A stretch of DNA of 64,000 bases from Candidatus Sungiibacteriota bacterium (GTDB lineage: Bacteria; Patescibacteriota; Minisyncoccia; Sungbacterales; HO2-52-23). Both the position numbers and the translations under genes were made by a program. Below are positions 38,200 to 47,264 of this stretch, in pieces (positions within the stretch are counted from its first letter, which is position 1; every line of letters begins with the position of its first letter). A model generated the notes under the pieces. That model was not told where the DNA came from and searched no databases. It saw only the letters and a list, made by a program, of their open reading frames with translations. Location of the stretch: NCBI GenBank assembly GCA_016432465.1, contig CP066690.1, forward strand, positions 462,823 to 526,822, given 5' to 3'.

Positions 38200-38583
38200 C
38201 ACGTCCGCGCGGCAAGTTAAGTAGCGGATGAAATATAAAAAATGCCATGGAAAATAAGAAGGCCCGCTTCAGGCTAGAAACCTTGGCGGGCACGAAGAAC
38301 AGAACGAATGATTGCGGTTTCTGTAGCGATCCGCAGATCGAATCGCTACAGGAGGGGTTGCCCCTCGAAAGAACAGTCACCTCTCGCTCGGTGGCCACAA
38401 TCCTACGGATTTAGGCCACGAGGTCATTGAGATGGGTGGCGCACCACCATCGTAATTACAGTATAGCATATCTACAGAATCTGTCAAGCCCCTGCGGTTC
38501 GGGGAAGAAATACAAAAGATGTCATGGGTCATGGGGCGTAGGGATAAAAAAAGAGCCGTATAAACGGCTTAAGATGGGGAAGG

Positions 38584-38778
38584 TTACTTCCAGTACCACC
38601 AGAGACGAAACCCAGCGTTGAGACCAATCAACATGAAAATGTTGTAAATAAGCGGTTGTACGCCCAAGCTATTAAGCATTTTCGATTGCGGTAACGATCC
38701 AGAGCCAAGATCAACCAGAACGCTTAGCAAGATGAAGAGACAGGATAGAAAGACAACCCAAGCTGAGAATTTCTTCAT
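38584..38778 (-). CDS. small hydrophobic two-TM peptide (64 aa)
   Basis: MKKFSAWVVFLSCLFILLSVLV...; SD GGGGGT 6 nt before the ATG; an upstream TTGACA promoter on the minus strand; a downstream hairpin AAGCCGTTTATACGGCTC followed by TTTTTTT on the minus strand. Confidence 0.45.
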   Translation of the reverse strand: MKKFSAWVVFLSCLFILLSVLVDLGSGSLPQSKMLNSLGVQPLIYNIFMLIGLNAGFRLWWYWK

Positions 38779-38995
38779 TGGCTTACCCCCAGGTTAAGGG
38801 ACTAGAACTATGAGTATGATATAATAAGGAACGGGTTTCTGTCAACTCTGTATCAAGAAAAATCCGCATGACATTTTCTGTTGTGGGATGAGTAACAGGG
38901 GTGTCATGGGATGCAGAGGACGAATTTTGGCAAAGAAAAAAAGCGGTTTAGAGTGACGCTCAGCACCTTGATTCAGCGACGCCTTCTGGTTGTGG

Positions 38996-39115
38996 ATTAC
39001 AGAACGATGAACATCATTCCTACCGCCACATTCATCATTCCGATAGGAGTGTTTCCCGCCAGCACCCAGATAAGGCCACTGACGCAGAAGAATAGCCCTG
39101 CAATCGCGGAACCCA
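38996..39115 (-). CDS. 39-aa hydrophobic single-TM peptide (hand-annotated; below the ORF-track cutoff)
   Basis: MGSAIAGLFFCVSGLIWVLAGNTPIGMMNVAVGMMFIVL; perfect SD AAAGGAGG 7 nt before the ATG; a TTGACA-18-TATAAT promoter on the minus strand at about 39150-39185. Confidence 0.45.
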
Positions 39116-39466
39116 TCACAGCACCTCCTTTGATTGGAATACGGATCTAGTTGCATTATAGCATTAAACTGAACACTTTGTCAATGGAAAAAAAGCCGCA
39201 TGACATTTTCTATAATTCGGCAGTATCACAGCTGGGAAAACGGCTTATCCGCCGGAGGCGGACCCGCCTCTGGCGGGAAATAAAGCCTCCTTCGCATCCT
39301 CCTTCGTCATAGACTTCGGATGGACGTAGTAAAGCTACAGAGGGCCGAGGGAAAATCCCCGCCTACGCCAAGGCTTCGGCGGGCAGACCTGCGATTGGTT
39401 ATTGAAAAAGCAAAAGTGTCATGGGTATAGGGGATAAACACCAAAAATGTTTTATGAGGACAAATT

Positions 39467-40261
39467 ATGCCCGAACTTCCTGAAGTAGAAACAATTGTGA
39501 GATTTTTGAGACCCAAAATCCGCGGAAAGCGGATTTTGAGTATGGAAATAAGGGGTAGGCGGGTGGCGCGCGGGCACAAGAACCCGCAGGAACTAAATAG
39601 GGCCGTTGCCGGCAGGAAGATAAGTGAAGTTAACCGGACTGGGAAAAATATAATTCTTGAGTTGTCGGGAGGCGCACGACTTGCGATTCACTTGATGATG
39701 ACCGGCCGGCTTTTTTGGAATCCGAAAGAAAAACAAATACATGACCGCTTGGTGCTAAAGTTGTCCGGAGGAAATGACCTTGTTTTTAACGACATACGTC
39801 AATTTGGGTGGTGCAGGGTTCTTAAACCGAGTGGGAAACTAGCCGGACCCGATGTGTTAAGTCTGGGGTTTAATGAGTTTAAAAGTTTAGTGAGTCCACG
39901 CCCAGCGCTGATTAAAAACCTTCTTCTCAATCAGAAAGTTATTTCCGGAATTGGCAATATCTACTCTGATGAAATTTTGTGGTACGCTTGTCTAAGGCCA
40001 ACGCGAAGGGCAAATACTTTCTCTGGACGCGAACTTAAAAAATTTTATCAAGCAATGCGCCATGTTCTTTTGCTGGCCATCAAAAAAGAAGGCACCAGCA
40101 GTCGGGACTATCGGAAACCGGACGGAACAGAAGGGGGATACTATAAAATAAGGAAAGCGTATCAGCGGGCAGGGAAGCAATGTTTGCGTGACGGCGCAAC
40201 TATCAAGCGCATTAAAATAGGAAGCCGCTCGGCGCATTTTTGCCCCAAACACCAGAAATAA
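39467..40261 (+). CDS. fpg: formamidopyrimidine-DNA glycosylase (Fpg/MutM/Nei family)
   Basis: N-terminal MPELPEVE catalytic Pro-Glu; H2TH region; C-terminal zinc finger C..C...C. Confidence 0.8.
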   Translation: MPELPEVETIVRFLRPKIRGKRILSMEIRGRRVARGHKNPQELNRAVAGRKISEVNRTGKNIILELSGGARLAIHLMMTGRLFWNPKEKQIHDRLVLKLSGGNDLVFNDIRQFGWCRVLKPSGKLAGPDVLSLGFNEFKSLVSPRPALIKNLLLNQKVISGIGNIYSDEILWYACLRPTRRANTFSGRELKKFYQAMRHVLLLAIKKEGTSSRDYRKPDGTEGGYYKIRKAYQRAGKQCLRDGATIKRIKIGSRSAHFCPKHQK

Positions 40262-40267
40262 TGTAAT

Positions 40268-40365
40268 CCCGTTAGAGACGCAGCCTTGTTCTTGGCAAGA
40301 ATTAAGTATGGGCTACCAACACAAAACTTATTAATTATTAAGATTAACCATAAGTCTCTAACGGG
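40268..40365. mobile_element. 98-bp MITE-like element with CCCGTTAGAGA / TCTCTAACGGG terminal inverted repeats (copy 2)
   Basis: Same 11-bp TIRs and AACCATAAGT sub-terminal box as the copy at 20602-20696. The right TIR ends exactly at the holA ATG. Confidence 0.5.
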
Positions 40366-41277
40366 ATGAATTATCTTCTTTACGGCGAAGATACTTATCG
40401 GAGCCGGAAAAAACTACGCGAAATAATTGAAGAATACCGCGCTAAAACCGGCTCGTCGTTAAGTTTCTACCGTCTTGATGCTGAAGAAGACGATATGTCA
40501 CGGCTAAAGGTTTTTACCCAAACGTCTTCTCTCTTCAGTCCCAAAAAGCTGATTGTGATTGAGGGCGCTCTGTCCGGGAGTGAGCAATTTGGCCACGTGC
40601 TGTCTGCGGCCAAAGAAATAAAAGAGTCTCGGGACACCGTGCTTCTTTTGTGGGAACGCGAACTGGATGATACCACACGAAAACGGCTCAAAGAAATAGA
40701 ACCGTATCTAAGCAAAACCCAGGAGTTTAAACCATTGTCGCGTGAGGCGGTAAGCCGCTGGATACAGGAGGAGGCCAAAAAGCTGGGGGTACGTCTTTTT
40801 CCTGTGCATCTTGCCAAACTATCAATATTGGGCAGTGATCTTTGGGCAATATCCAGCGAGTTGGATAAAATCGCTGTTGCTAACCCGCAATCCGCGACCA
40901 CTAACCCGCAAACTATTGACGAGCGCAGCATTTTCCAGCTCGGCGACACCTTTTTCGTATCGCGCCGCGAGGCCCTGTTTAACCTTTTGGGGCTTCTGGC
41001 GCAAGGGGAGAATGAGCTTGGAATTTTTTCATACCTTGTTAATCACGCGCGAACCCTCCTTACCGTAAAAACCTATACATCCGAGAATAGGGTTGTCCCT
41101 GCATCGTTGGGTATTCATCCTTTTGTAGTAAAAAAAGCGGCGGCCGTCAGCCGTGGTCTGCCGGTAGAACATCTTCGTTCAACCATGGGTCGTTTTCTTG
41201 AGGAGGATTTTAAAATTAAAACGGGCCTTACCAAGCCCGCCGAGTCCCTCTTCCGACTCTTGACCCAAAGGTCTTAA
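40366..41277 (+). CDS. holA: DNA polymerase III delta subunit HolA
   Basis: 303 aa; N-terminus MNYLLYGEDTYRSRKKL typical of HolA. Confidence 0.7.
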   Translation: MNYLLYGEDTYRSRKKLREIIEEYRAKTGSSLSFYRLDAEEDDMSRLKVFTQTSSLFSPKKLIVIEGALSGSEQFGHVLSAAKEIKESRDTVLLLWERELDDTTRKRLKEIEPYLSKTQEFKPLSREAVSRWIQEEAKKLGVRLFPVHLAKLSILGSDLWAISSELDKIAVANPQSATTNPQTIDERSIFQLGDTFFVSRREALFNLLGLLAQGENELGIFSYLVNHARTLLTVKTYTSENRVVPASLGIHPFVVKKAAAVSRGLPVEHLRSTMGRFLEEDFKIKTGLTKPAESLFRLLTQRS

Positions 41278-41537
41278 ATTTTTTTGGAAACGAGTTTTGT
41301 CAGCCGCGACTTTAGGCGGCTGGCTTTGTTTTTGTGTATAGCGTGAGTTTTGGCGGCTTTGTCCAGCGCTTTGTAAAGTTGGGGAAGAAGTTTTTCTGCC
41401 TCTTTTTGTTTTCCCGCAGCGGCCAGCTTCTTAATATTTTTGACCACGGTTTTATACGCCTCTTTCCTTTTGAGGTTTTGGACGCGCCTTCGCATGGACT
41501 GACGCAGCGCTTTTTTCGCGGATTGAGTAATGGGCAT
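41274..41537 (-). CDS. rpsT: 30S ribosomal protein S20
   Basis: 87-aa basic protein MPITQSAKKALRQSMRRRVQNLKRK. Confidence 0.85.
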   Translation of the reverse strand: MPITQSAKKALRQSMRRRVQNLKRKEAYKTVVKNIKKLAAAGKQKEAEKLLPQLYKALDKAAKTHAIHKNKASRLKSRLTKLVSKKI

Positions 41538-41558
41538 AAGTATTATAGTAAGTGCGAT

Positions 41559-43592
41559 TTACTCTGCTGTCAATTGTTTAATCCGGTCGCGTATTCGCGC
41601 CGCCAGCTCAAAATCCATCTCTCCTGCGGCGCGTTTCATCTCGCGCTCCAGAGATTTTACGATTTCTCTGGTTGGGCCCTTGGGAAGAGGAATCTCTTCT
41701 TCCTTTTTAAGTTCCGCCAAAATTGATTTTCTAATTTCTTTTTTGATTTGTTGAGGGGTAATGCCGTGTTTACGGTTATACTCTTTCTGGGTTTCCCTGC
41801 GGCGGTTGGTTTCGTTTACCGCCGCCTTCATTGAGCCGGTCAAGGTATCCGCATAGAGTATTACTTTCCCGTCAATGTGGCGCGCAGCGCGGCCAATAAT
41901 TTGCAGAAGGGTGGTTTCATTTCGCAGAAATCCTTCTTTGTCAGCATCCAGAATTGCAATAAATGAAACCTCGGGAAGATCAAGTCCCTCCCGTAAAAGA
42001 TTAATTCCCACCAAGACATCGTGTTCTCCTTCACGAAGTTTTTTCAGAATCTCCGGCCGTTCCAGCGTTTTTATTTCCGAATGCAGGTACTCGGCCTTAA
42101 TTCCCGCCTCGGTTAAATATTCGGCAATATCCTCGGCGAGCCTTTTGGTAAGCGCCATAACAAGCGAGCGCTCTTTTTTAGTCACGCGCTTTTTTATTTC
42201 AGCAATTACGTCTTTAATTTGGTGTTTGGTGGGACGAACCTCAATCTGCGGGTCAAGAATTCCGGTCGGCCTTATTAGTTGTTCAACAATGTGCGGACGA
42301 GATTTTTCTATTTCGTACAGAGCCGGAGTTGCCGATACATAGATTAGCTGGCCAACGTTTTTATTAAATTCTTCAAACTTTAGCGGCCGGTTATCCAAAG
42401 CAGAGGGCAGACGAAATCCGTATTTAATGAGCACCTCTTTTCGCGCCCGATCGCCATTATACATTCCGCGGACTTGGGGTACGGTAGCATGCGACTCGTC
42501 AATAAAAGTTAGAAAATCGCTGCCGTGGGCGTAGCGAAAATAGTCAATAAGCGTGTGGGGCGGAGTTCCCGGCTTGCGAAAATCAAGTTGGCGCGAATAG
42601 TTCTCAATTCCGTTTACATAGCCGGTTGAACGGAGCATCTCCATATCAAATTCCGTGCGTTGTTTAAGGCGGGCCGCTTCTCCCGACGCTTCGTTTATAT
42701 CTTTAGATAAGGAAGTCGGGACCCCGACATCGTAAAGCGATCGTCGGGATAAAATTTTTCCTTGCTTTTTTAACTCTGCAAGCCGCCCCTTAAGTTCTCT
42801 TTGGATATTTACAATAGCAAGTTCCAGTTTTTCCTGCGGGGTGACAAAGTGTTTGGCGGGGAAAATCTTGAAAGCTTGTAGTCCGATTGAGCGCCGTTTG
42901 ACGCCAATGATTTTATTTTTTTCTCCGCCCGAGGCGGATCCGCCTTTGGCGGAAAACTCTACGGCAACAATGTCTTCTCCGGAGGGAAGATAAATCTCAA
43001 CCACATTTTCTCTAACGCGAAAGTGGCCCTGGCGGGGGTTAATGGGGTTACGCGCGTACTGAAGCAGTATCAGGTGTTTAATAAGTTCTTTTTGGGAAAG
43101 TTTTTCGCCAACCCTTAATTCCACTGAAATTTTCTGATACTCTTCCGGGTCGCCAATGCCGTAGATGCAGGAAACAGAGGCAACGATGATTACGTCGTTT
43201 CGCGTCAGTAAAGAAGCGGTAGAGGCATGGCGCAGGGCATCTATCATCTCATTGATTTTGGCGTCTTTTTCAATGTAGGTGTCGGTCTGCGGAATATAGG
43301 CCTCGGGCTGGTAGTAGTCATAGTAGGAAACAAAATAATGCACGGCATTTTCCGGAAAAAATTCTTTAAATTCCTGATAAAGTTGGGCGGCAAGGGTTTT
43401 ATTGTGCGATATAACCAGCGTTGGTTTTTGAACTCGCTCAACTACGTTTGCCATCGTGAAGGTTTTTCCGCTGCCCGTGACCCCAAGAAGCGTTTGGTGT
43501 CGCGCGCCCGCACGCAAATTCGCCACCAGTTGATCGGTGGCTTGGGGTTGGTCGCCTGTCGGCCTGAAACTTGACACAAGTCTAAACTTCAT
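41559..43592 (-). CDS. uvrB: excinuclease ABC subunit B
   Basis: 677 aa; Walker A GVTGSGKTFTMANVVE; helicase motifs; C-terminal UVR domain. Confidence 0.9.
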   Translation of the reverse strand: MKFRLVSSFRPTGDQPQATDQLVANLRAGARHQTLLGVTGSGKTFTMANVVERVQKPTLVISHNKTLAAQLYQEFKEFFPENAVHYFVSYYDYYQPEAYIPQTDTYIEKDAKINEMIDALRHASTASLLTRNDVIIVASVSCIYGIGDPEEYQKISVELRVGEKLSQKELIKHLILLQYARNPINPRQGHFRVRENVVEIYLPSGEDIVAVEFSAKGGSASGGEKNKIIGVKRRSIGLQAFKIFPAKHFVTPQEKLELAIVNIQRELKGRLAELKKQGKILSRRSLYDVGVPTSLSKDINEASGEAARLKQRTEFDMEMLRSTGYVNGIENYSRQLDFRKPGTPPHTLIDYFRYAHGSDFLTFIDESHATVPQVRGMYNGDRARKEVLIKYGFRLPSALDNRPLKFEEFNKNVGQLIYVSATPALYEIEKSRPHIVEQLIRPTGILDPQIEVRPTKHQIKDVIAEIKKRVTKKERSLVMALTKRLAEDIAEYLTEAGIKAEYLHSEIKTLERPEILKKLREGEHDVLVGINLLREGLDLPEVSFIAILDADKEGFLRNETTLLQIIGRAARHIDGKVILYADTLTGSMKAAVNETNRRRETQKEYNRKHGITPQQIKKEIRKSILAELKKEEEIPLPKGPTREIVKSLEREMKRAAGEMDFELAARIRDRIKQLTAE

Positions 43593-43629
43593 AATATACT
43601 CACCCTAGTTATTTTATGAGGAGTCAGGG

Positions 43630-43908
43630 GTGCCTAAACCCTTAATGTGGTTTCAATGCATAATTTGTGATGAGGTTTATAAAACAGAAGAAGAAGCGGC
43701 ACATTGCGAGAAACAGGGTCTGTCACCGATAAGATATCCAGTTAACACCGCAGTATTGCTGGTTCATCCCGTCACTCACATTCTGGTGGATGCCCGCGTC
43801 GAACATATTAAAGTCCAACCCCGGTCGCACAAACTCTTTTTTGAACTGGTTGGTGTCCGTGGGTTTAAATTTATAGTAGAGGAACACCTACTTCGTCCTA
43901 AGAACTAG
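43630..43908 (+). CDS. small hypothetical protein with a CxxC...HC putative zinc-binding motif (cassette ORF 1)
   Basis: 92 aa; CIICDEVYKTEEEAAHCEKQG; SD GAGGAG upstream; followed by a terminator hairpin. Confidence 0.45.
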   Translation: MPKPLMWFQCIICDEVYKTEEEAAHCEKQGLSPIRYPVNTAVLLVHPVTHILVDARVEHIKVQPRSHKLFFELVGVRGFKFIVEEHLLRPKN

Positions 43909-43916
43909 TAATATTT

Positions 43917-43988
43917 AGCCGGCACGATACCGGCTTCTTCTTTTTTCAAAAACGAAAACTTGACACTGGTAAAGTTGTTTGATACTCT
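43917..43988 (+). promoter_or_regulatory. terminator-promoter module 1: hairpin AGCCGGCACGATACCGGCT, TTCTTCTTTTTTCAAAAAC, then a TTGACA -35 and a weak -10
   Basis: Compound element seen directly; reiterated at 44255, 44751 and 45215. Confidence 0.45.
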
Positions 43989-44024
43989 TTGATTAGATCA
44001 CGGGTACTAAAAAGGGGTCACTAA

Positions 44025-44213
44025 ATGGAATTTCTGGCGGGCGTCACTAAGGGTGTTTGTCCATATTGCCGCGACAGGCATCCAGTTAGAAGGGCCCAGG
44101 TTATGGGTGGTCATATAGCAGTTATGGATAGTCATAGAGTATCCGATTCTGGCGGTTGGTGCCGCGGTGAAGGGCTTGCGCCGGAATTTCTCTACGGGTT
44201 GCGCTCAGACTGA
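44025..44213 (+). CDS. small hypothetical protein (cassette ORF 2, 62 aa; Cys/His-containing)
   Basis: ATG preceded by AAGGGG; lies between module 1 and module 2. Confidence 0.35.
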   Translation: MEFLAGVTKGVCPYCRDRHPVRRAQVMGGHIAVMDSHRVSDSGGWCRGEGLAPEFLYGLRSD

Positions 44214-44254
44214 CCCAATCTTTTTTATCAATCTCATGCTGGTTGAGCTTGGCT

Positions 44255-44311
44255 CTGCCGGCTTTTTTCTTTTTTCAAAAACTTGACATAGATTCCTTGT
44301 TTGCATAAGAT
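44255..44311 (+). promoter_or_regulatory. terminator-promoter module 2: GCCGGC, TTTTTTCTTTTTTCAAAAAC, then TTGACA-17-TAAGAT
   Basis: Near-identical copy of the module core CTTTTTTCAAAAACTTGACA. Confidence 0.5.
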
Positions 44312-44340
44312 ACGAACGGTAGCCCTGAGGGGGGTATGCT

Positions 44341-44745
44341 ATGACAACAGCACGGCAGATGCGGGAAGTTTCCGATAGGGTGTTGGAGCGGCGTGTCGAG
44401 GAAGATAAACGTGAGGAAAAGAAACGTAGGGAAGAAAAGGATCGCAAAAATGCTGAGTTGAGAAAACTACTAGAACCCGAAGTAGAAAGCTCTTATCGGG
44501 GGGCCCTTGCTAAGATACGGGAGGCCGCCAATAGGGGTGAGCGGTCTTGCGAGCTTAGATGGAGTTGCGGTTTGTATGCTGGAACCCCTGAAGTGAATGC
44601 GGTTTGTGCAGTGATGGTTGCTGAGCGTTTACGGAAAGACGGTTTTGTTGCCACTGTGAAGCAACAGTGTGGAAGCGACGAAGGTGGTGTAGAGATTGTT
44701 CAAAATGCGTCAGATTGCGAGATCGTTCTCTCCATAACGTTCTAA
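44341..44745 (+). CDS. hypothetical protein with a highly charged Arg/Glu/Lys coiled-coil N-terminus (cassette ORF 3)
   Basis: 134 aa; strong SD GAGGGGGG before the ATG; N-terminus EDKREEKKRREEKDRKNAELRKLLE. Confidence 0.45.
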   Translation: MTTARQMREVSDRVLERRVEEDKREEKKRREEKDRKNAELRKLLEPEVESSYRGALAKIREAANRGERSCELRWSCGLYAGTPEVNAVCAVMVAERLRKDGFVATVKQQCGSDEGGVEIVQNASDCEIVLSITF

Positions 44746-44750
44746 TAATG

Positions 44751-44823
44751 GTTGCCGGCCCACGCGCTGGCTTTTTCTTTACCCCAAAAGCTTGACTTTT
44801 TAGTTTGAACTTCATACCATAAT
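44751..44823 (+). promoter_or_regulatory. terminator-promoter module 3: GCCGGCCCACGCGCTGGC hairpin, TTTTTCTTT, then TTGACT -35 and a TACCAT or CATAAT -10
   Basis: Third, more diverged copy of the module. Confidence 0.4.
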
Positions 44824-44848
44824 GAAAGCACCTTTTGGGGGTAAAACC

Positions 44849-45223
44849 GTGAAGAAAACAACGAGGGTCGGCCTTAGTCTCGCGATTGGTTTTTTGCTGG
44901 CAGTACTGGTTGACGTTTTTGTTGGTCCGGCACATCTTTTGTCGTCCATCCCACACGCTAGGTGGTTGGTGTTAGCCCTTTGGTTTCTTTACTCGGTTGC
45001 CCTATGGCTTCTGTTTTTTACAGCAACACCTCCGCGGCCATTCCTACGCGCTTTGAAAAGCCTAGGAGTGGGCGGTTTAGTAATAGGACTTGCGGTTTTA
45101 GCCCTTGTTTTAGGGGGTTATTCAATCAACATTGCTGGCGCAGTTTTTGTTTGGCTTCTTGCTTCTGGCGTTGCTCTGGGCACCCCCATTGTTGATTCTA
45201 ATAATAGGCCATCTGCCGGTTAA
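44849..45223 (+). CDS. four-TM small membrane protein (cassette ORF 4)
   Basis: The GTG at 44849 is preceded by GGGGGT; the ATG at 44822 in the ORF track overlaps the promoter -10, so the GTG is preferred. Hydrophobic helices throughout. Confidence 0.4.
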   Translation: MKKTTRVGLSLAIGFLLAVLVDVFVGPAHLLSSIPHARWLVLALWFLYSVALWLLFFTATPPRPFLRALKSLGVGGLVIGLAVLALVLGGYSINIAGAVFVWLLASGVALGTPIVDSNNRPSAG

Positions 45224-45262
45224 TACCGGCTTTTTCTTTTTGTTGAATAAAGTTACTATAAA
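45215..45262 (+). promoter_or_regulatory. terminator-promoter module 4 (degenerate): GCCGGTTAATACCGGC hairpin, TTTTTCTTTTTG, then TTGAAT...TATAAA, upstream of ruvA
   Basis: The hairpin overlaps the stop of cassette ORF 4. Confidence 0.4.
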
Positions 45263-45268
45263 AGTGCA

Positions 45269-45850
45269 ATGATTTCATTTCTTTCCGGCCAAGTTGAACT
45301 AAAAGGAGAGCGCCTCGTTATAATAAACGTTGGCAATGTTGGTTATCGCGTATTTGCTTCAACAGAAACTCTCAAAAAAATACCAGAAAAAGGAGGGAAT
45401 GTCAAAGTCTGGACGCATCAATACGTGCGGGAAGACGCGCTGGAACTCTATGGTTTTTTACACCTTGCCGAACTTGAACTTTTTGAAATTTTAATTAAAG
45501 TCCCGGGCATTGGACCCAAAACTGCTTTGGGTGTAATGAGTGTTGCGCCGATTGATACGCTGCGAAAAGCAATTGCCTCCGGCGATACGTCGTATCTGAC
45601 TAAAGTTTCCGGCATTGGCCGCAAAACCGCGGAGAAAATTATAATTGAACTTAGGGAAAAAATGGCTGGCCGCGGAGTTTTGGTTGAAGCGCCGGAATTA
45701 AAAGAAGAAGCTGACGCGCTGGAGGCATTGGTGTCTCTGGGATATTCGCAGCGGGAAGCGCGAGAAGCACTGCAGCAGATTCCGCAAGAAGTTTCCAGTG
45801 TTGAAAAACGCGTAAAAGAGGCGCTAAAGAAACTTAGCCGAGCCCAATGA
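45269..45850 (+). CDS. ruvA: Holliday junction DNA helicase subunit RuvA
   Basis: Begins MISFLSGQVELKGERLVIINVGNVGYRVF; HhH motifs (GIGPKTA, GIGRKTAEKI); about 190 aa. Confidence 0.85.
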   Translation: MISFLSGQVELKGERLVIINVGNVGYRVFASTETLKKIPEKGGNVKVWTHQYVREDALELYGFLHLAELELFEILIKVPGIGPKTALGVMSVAPIDTLRKAIASGDTSYLTKVSGIGRKTAEKIIIELREKMAGRGVLVEAPELKEEADALEALVSLGYSQREAREALQQIPQEVSSVEKRVKEALKKLSRAQ

Positions 45851-46782
45851 TATCGTTCTTACAGTCTAAAGAATGGGAAGAATTCCAAAAATCAGTGGGA
45901 AGAAAAACATGGCGTCTTGGTGGGGCGCTTGTTATTCAGCACACACTGCCGCTCGGCTTCAACTATTTATACTGTCCGCGCCCCTCGGCCCCGACGGAAC
46001 AGTTTTTTAGAGAGACGGCAAAAATCGCCGCACGCGAGAAAAGTATTTTTCTAAAAATTGACCCAACCGAACAACCCCAAATTATCCCTAGGCCGCCTTG
46101 GGCGGCCGGGATCCCGGCCAAGAAAGGCCTAGGTACAAATTCCCCGCCTCTGCCAAGGCTACGGCTGGCAAGCAAATTTCAAACAAGTGCAGCGCTTCAG
46201 CCGCAAAAAAGCTTGGTTATTAACCTACAAAAATCCGAAGAAGACTTATTGGGCGCAATGTATGAGAAGACGCGTTATAATATACGACTTGCAGAACGCC
46301 ACGGGGTAGGGGTAAATCAGGCGGGTGCGCTGGAAGAGTTTTGGAAGTTGTTGGTGGAGACTGCGCGTCGGGACAAGTTTTATACTCACGAGCAAAATTA
46401 CTACGAAAAACTTCTTATGGCTTGTTCCGATAATTTTTCCAACGAACTCTTTTTTGCAAGACAAGGGAGGACACTAATCGCAGCCGCCCTGATAAACTTC
46501 TTTAAGCCCTCACAAACAGTAACTTATCTTCACGGTGCCTCTCTGCGTGAACACAAAGAGGTGATGGCGCCCCATCTTCTTCACTGGCGCATCATGCAGG
46601 ATGCCAAACGCCGCGGGTTTTCGTTCTACGATATGTGGGGGATTGATGAAAAAAAGTGGCCGGGGATTACAAGATTTAAACTTGGGTTTGGTGGAGAAGT
46701 AGTGGAATATCCGGATTCTATTGATATAATTTATGGGCAGTTTTGGTATGGTATTTATAAAATTTCAAAGGCCGTTTTATGA
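45847..46782 (+). CDS. FemAB-family peptidoglycan interpeptide-bridge aminoacyltransferase
   Basis: 311 aa; N-terminal FLQSKEWEEFQ signature and GNAT-like halves; carries an internal GC-rich insert. Confidence 0.65.
   Translation: MISFLQSKEWEEFQKSVGRKTWRLGGALVIQHTLPLGFNYLYCPRPSAPTEQFFRETAKIAAREKSIFLKIDPTEQPQIIPRPPWAAGIPAKKGLGTNSPPLPRLRLASKFQTSAALQPQKSLVINLQKSEEDLLGAMYEKTRYNIRLAERHGVGVNQAGALEEFWKLLVETARRDKFYTHEQNYYEKLLMACSDNFSNELFFARQGRTLIAAALINFFKPSQTVTYLHGASLREHKEVMAPHLLHWRIMQDAKRRGFSFYDMWGIDEKKWPGITRFKLGFGGEVVEYPDSIDIIYGQFWYGIYKISKAVL
46086..46135 (+). repeat. roughly 48-bp CCTAGG-bounded GC-rich palindromic element apparently inserted in frame in the femAB-like gene
   Basis: CCTAGGCCGCCTTGGGCGGCCGGGATCCCGGCCAAGAAAGGCCTAGG; 8-bp TIR CCTAGGCC/GGCCTAGG; shares GGCCGGGATCCCGG with the intergenic copy at 54494-54620. 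Confidence 0.45.
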
Positions 46783-47264
46783 AGCTGAATAAAAAAATAA
46801 AGAGAGCGTTTTGCCGCGGAATACTGGAGAAAACCAACGACCCGGCAATATTTAATGACGAGGAGTGCGAGGCGCTTCTCAGACGGGAAGTGGTGGATTG
46901 GATTTTTGTTTTCTTGGGCGCGTTTACTTATATGTACCTTGCGCTTCTTGCGGTTGTTTTTTTTGGTAAGTTGACTGACGATCTGCCGCAACTGCGAAGT
47001 CTGCTGGATTCTTTACAGAATCCATATTTTGGCGCCTTGGCCGTCTATGTAATTCTTAAAGAAATCCGCAAACGCAAGAGATCTTACCCCTCGCGATATT
47101 TAGGTGAGCTTTTTGTGGTTTTATGGACCATTTTCGGGGCAGCAGCAACACTTTTAGCTTTTGTTTCTCCGAGATATGACTTTGACTCTTTTCTATTGAC
47201 TATTTTGTCCAATACTCTGGTCGTCATACTCATTTACATAGGCGGTGTATTAAATAGACCGTGA
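46779..47264 (+). CDS. hypothetical four-TM membrane protein
   Basis: 161 aa with several hydrophobic helices. Confidence 0.4.
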   Translation: MKLNKKIKRAFCRGILEKTNDPAIFNDEECEALLRREVVDWIFVFLGAFTYMYLALLAVVFFGKLTDDLPQLRSLLDSLQNPYFGALAVYVILKEIRKRKRSYPSRYLGELFVVLWTIFGAAATLLAFVSPRYDFDSFLLTILSNTLVVILIYIGGVLNRP

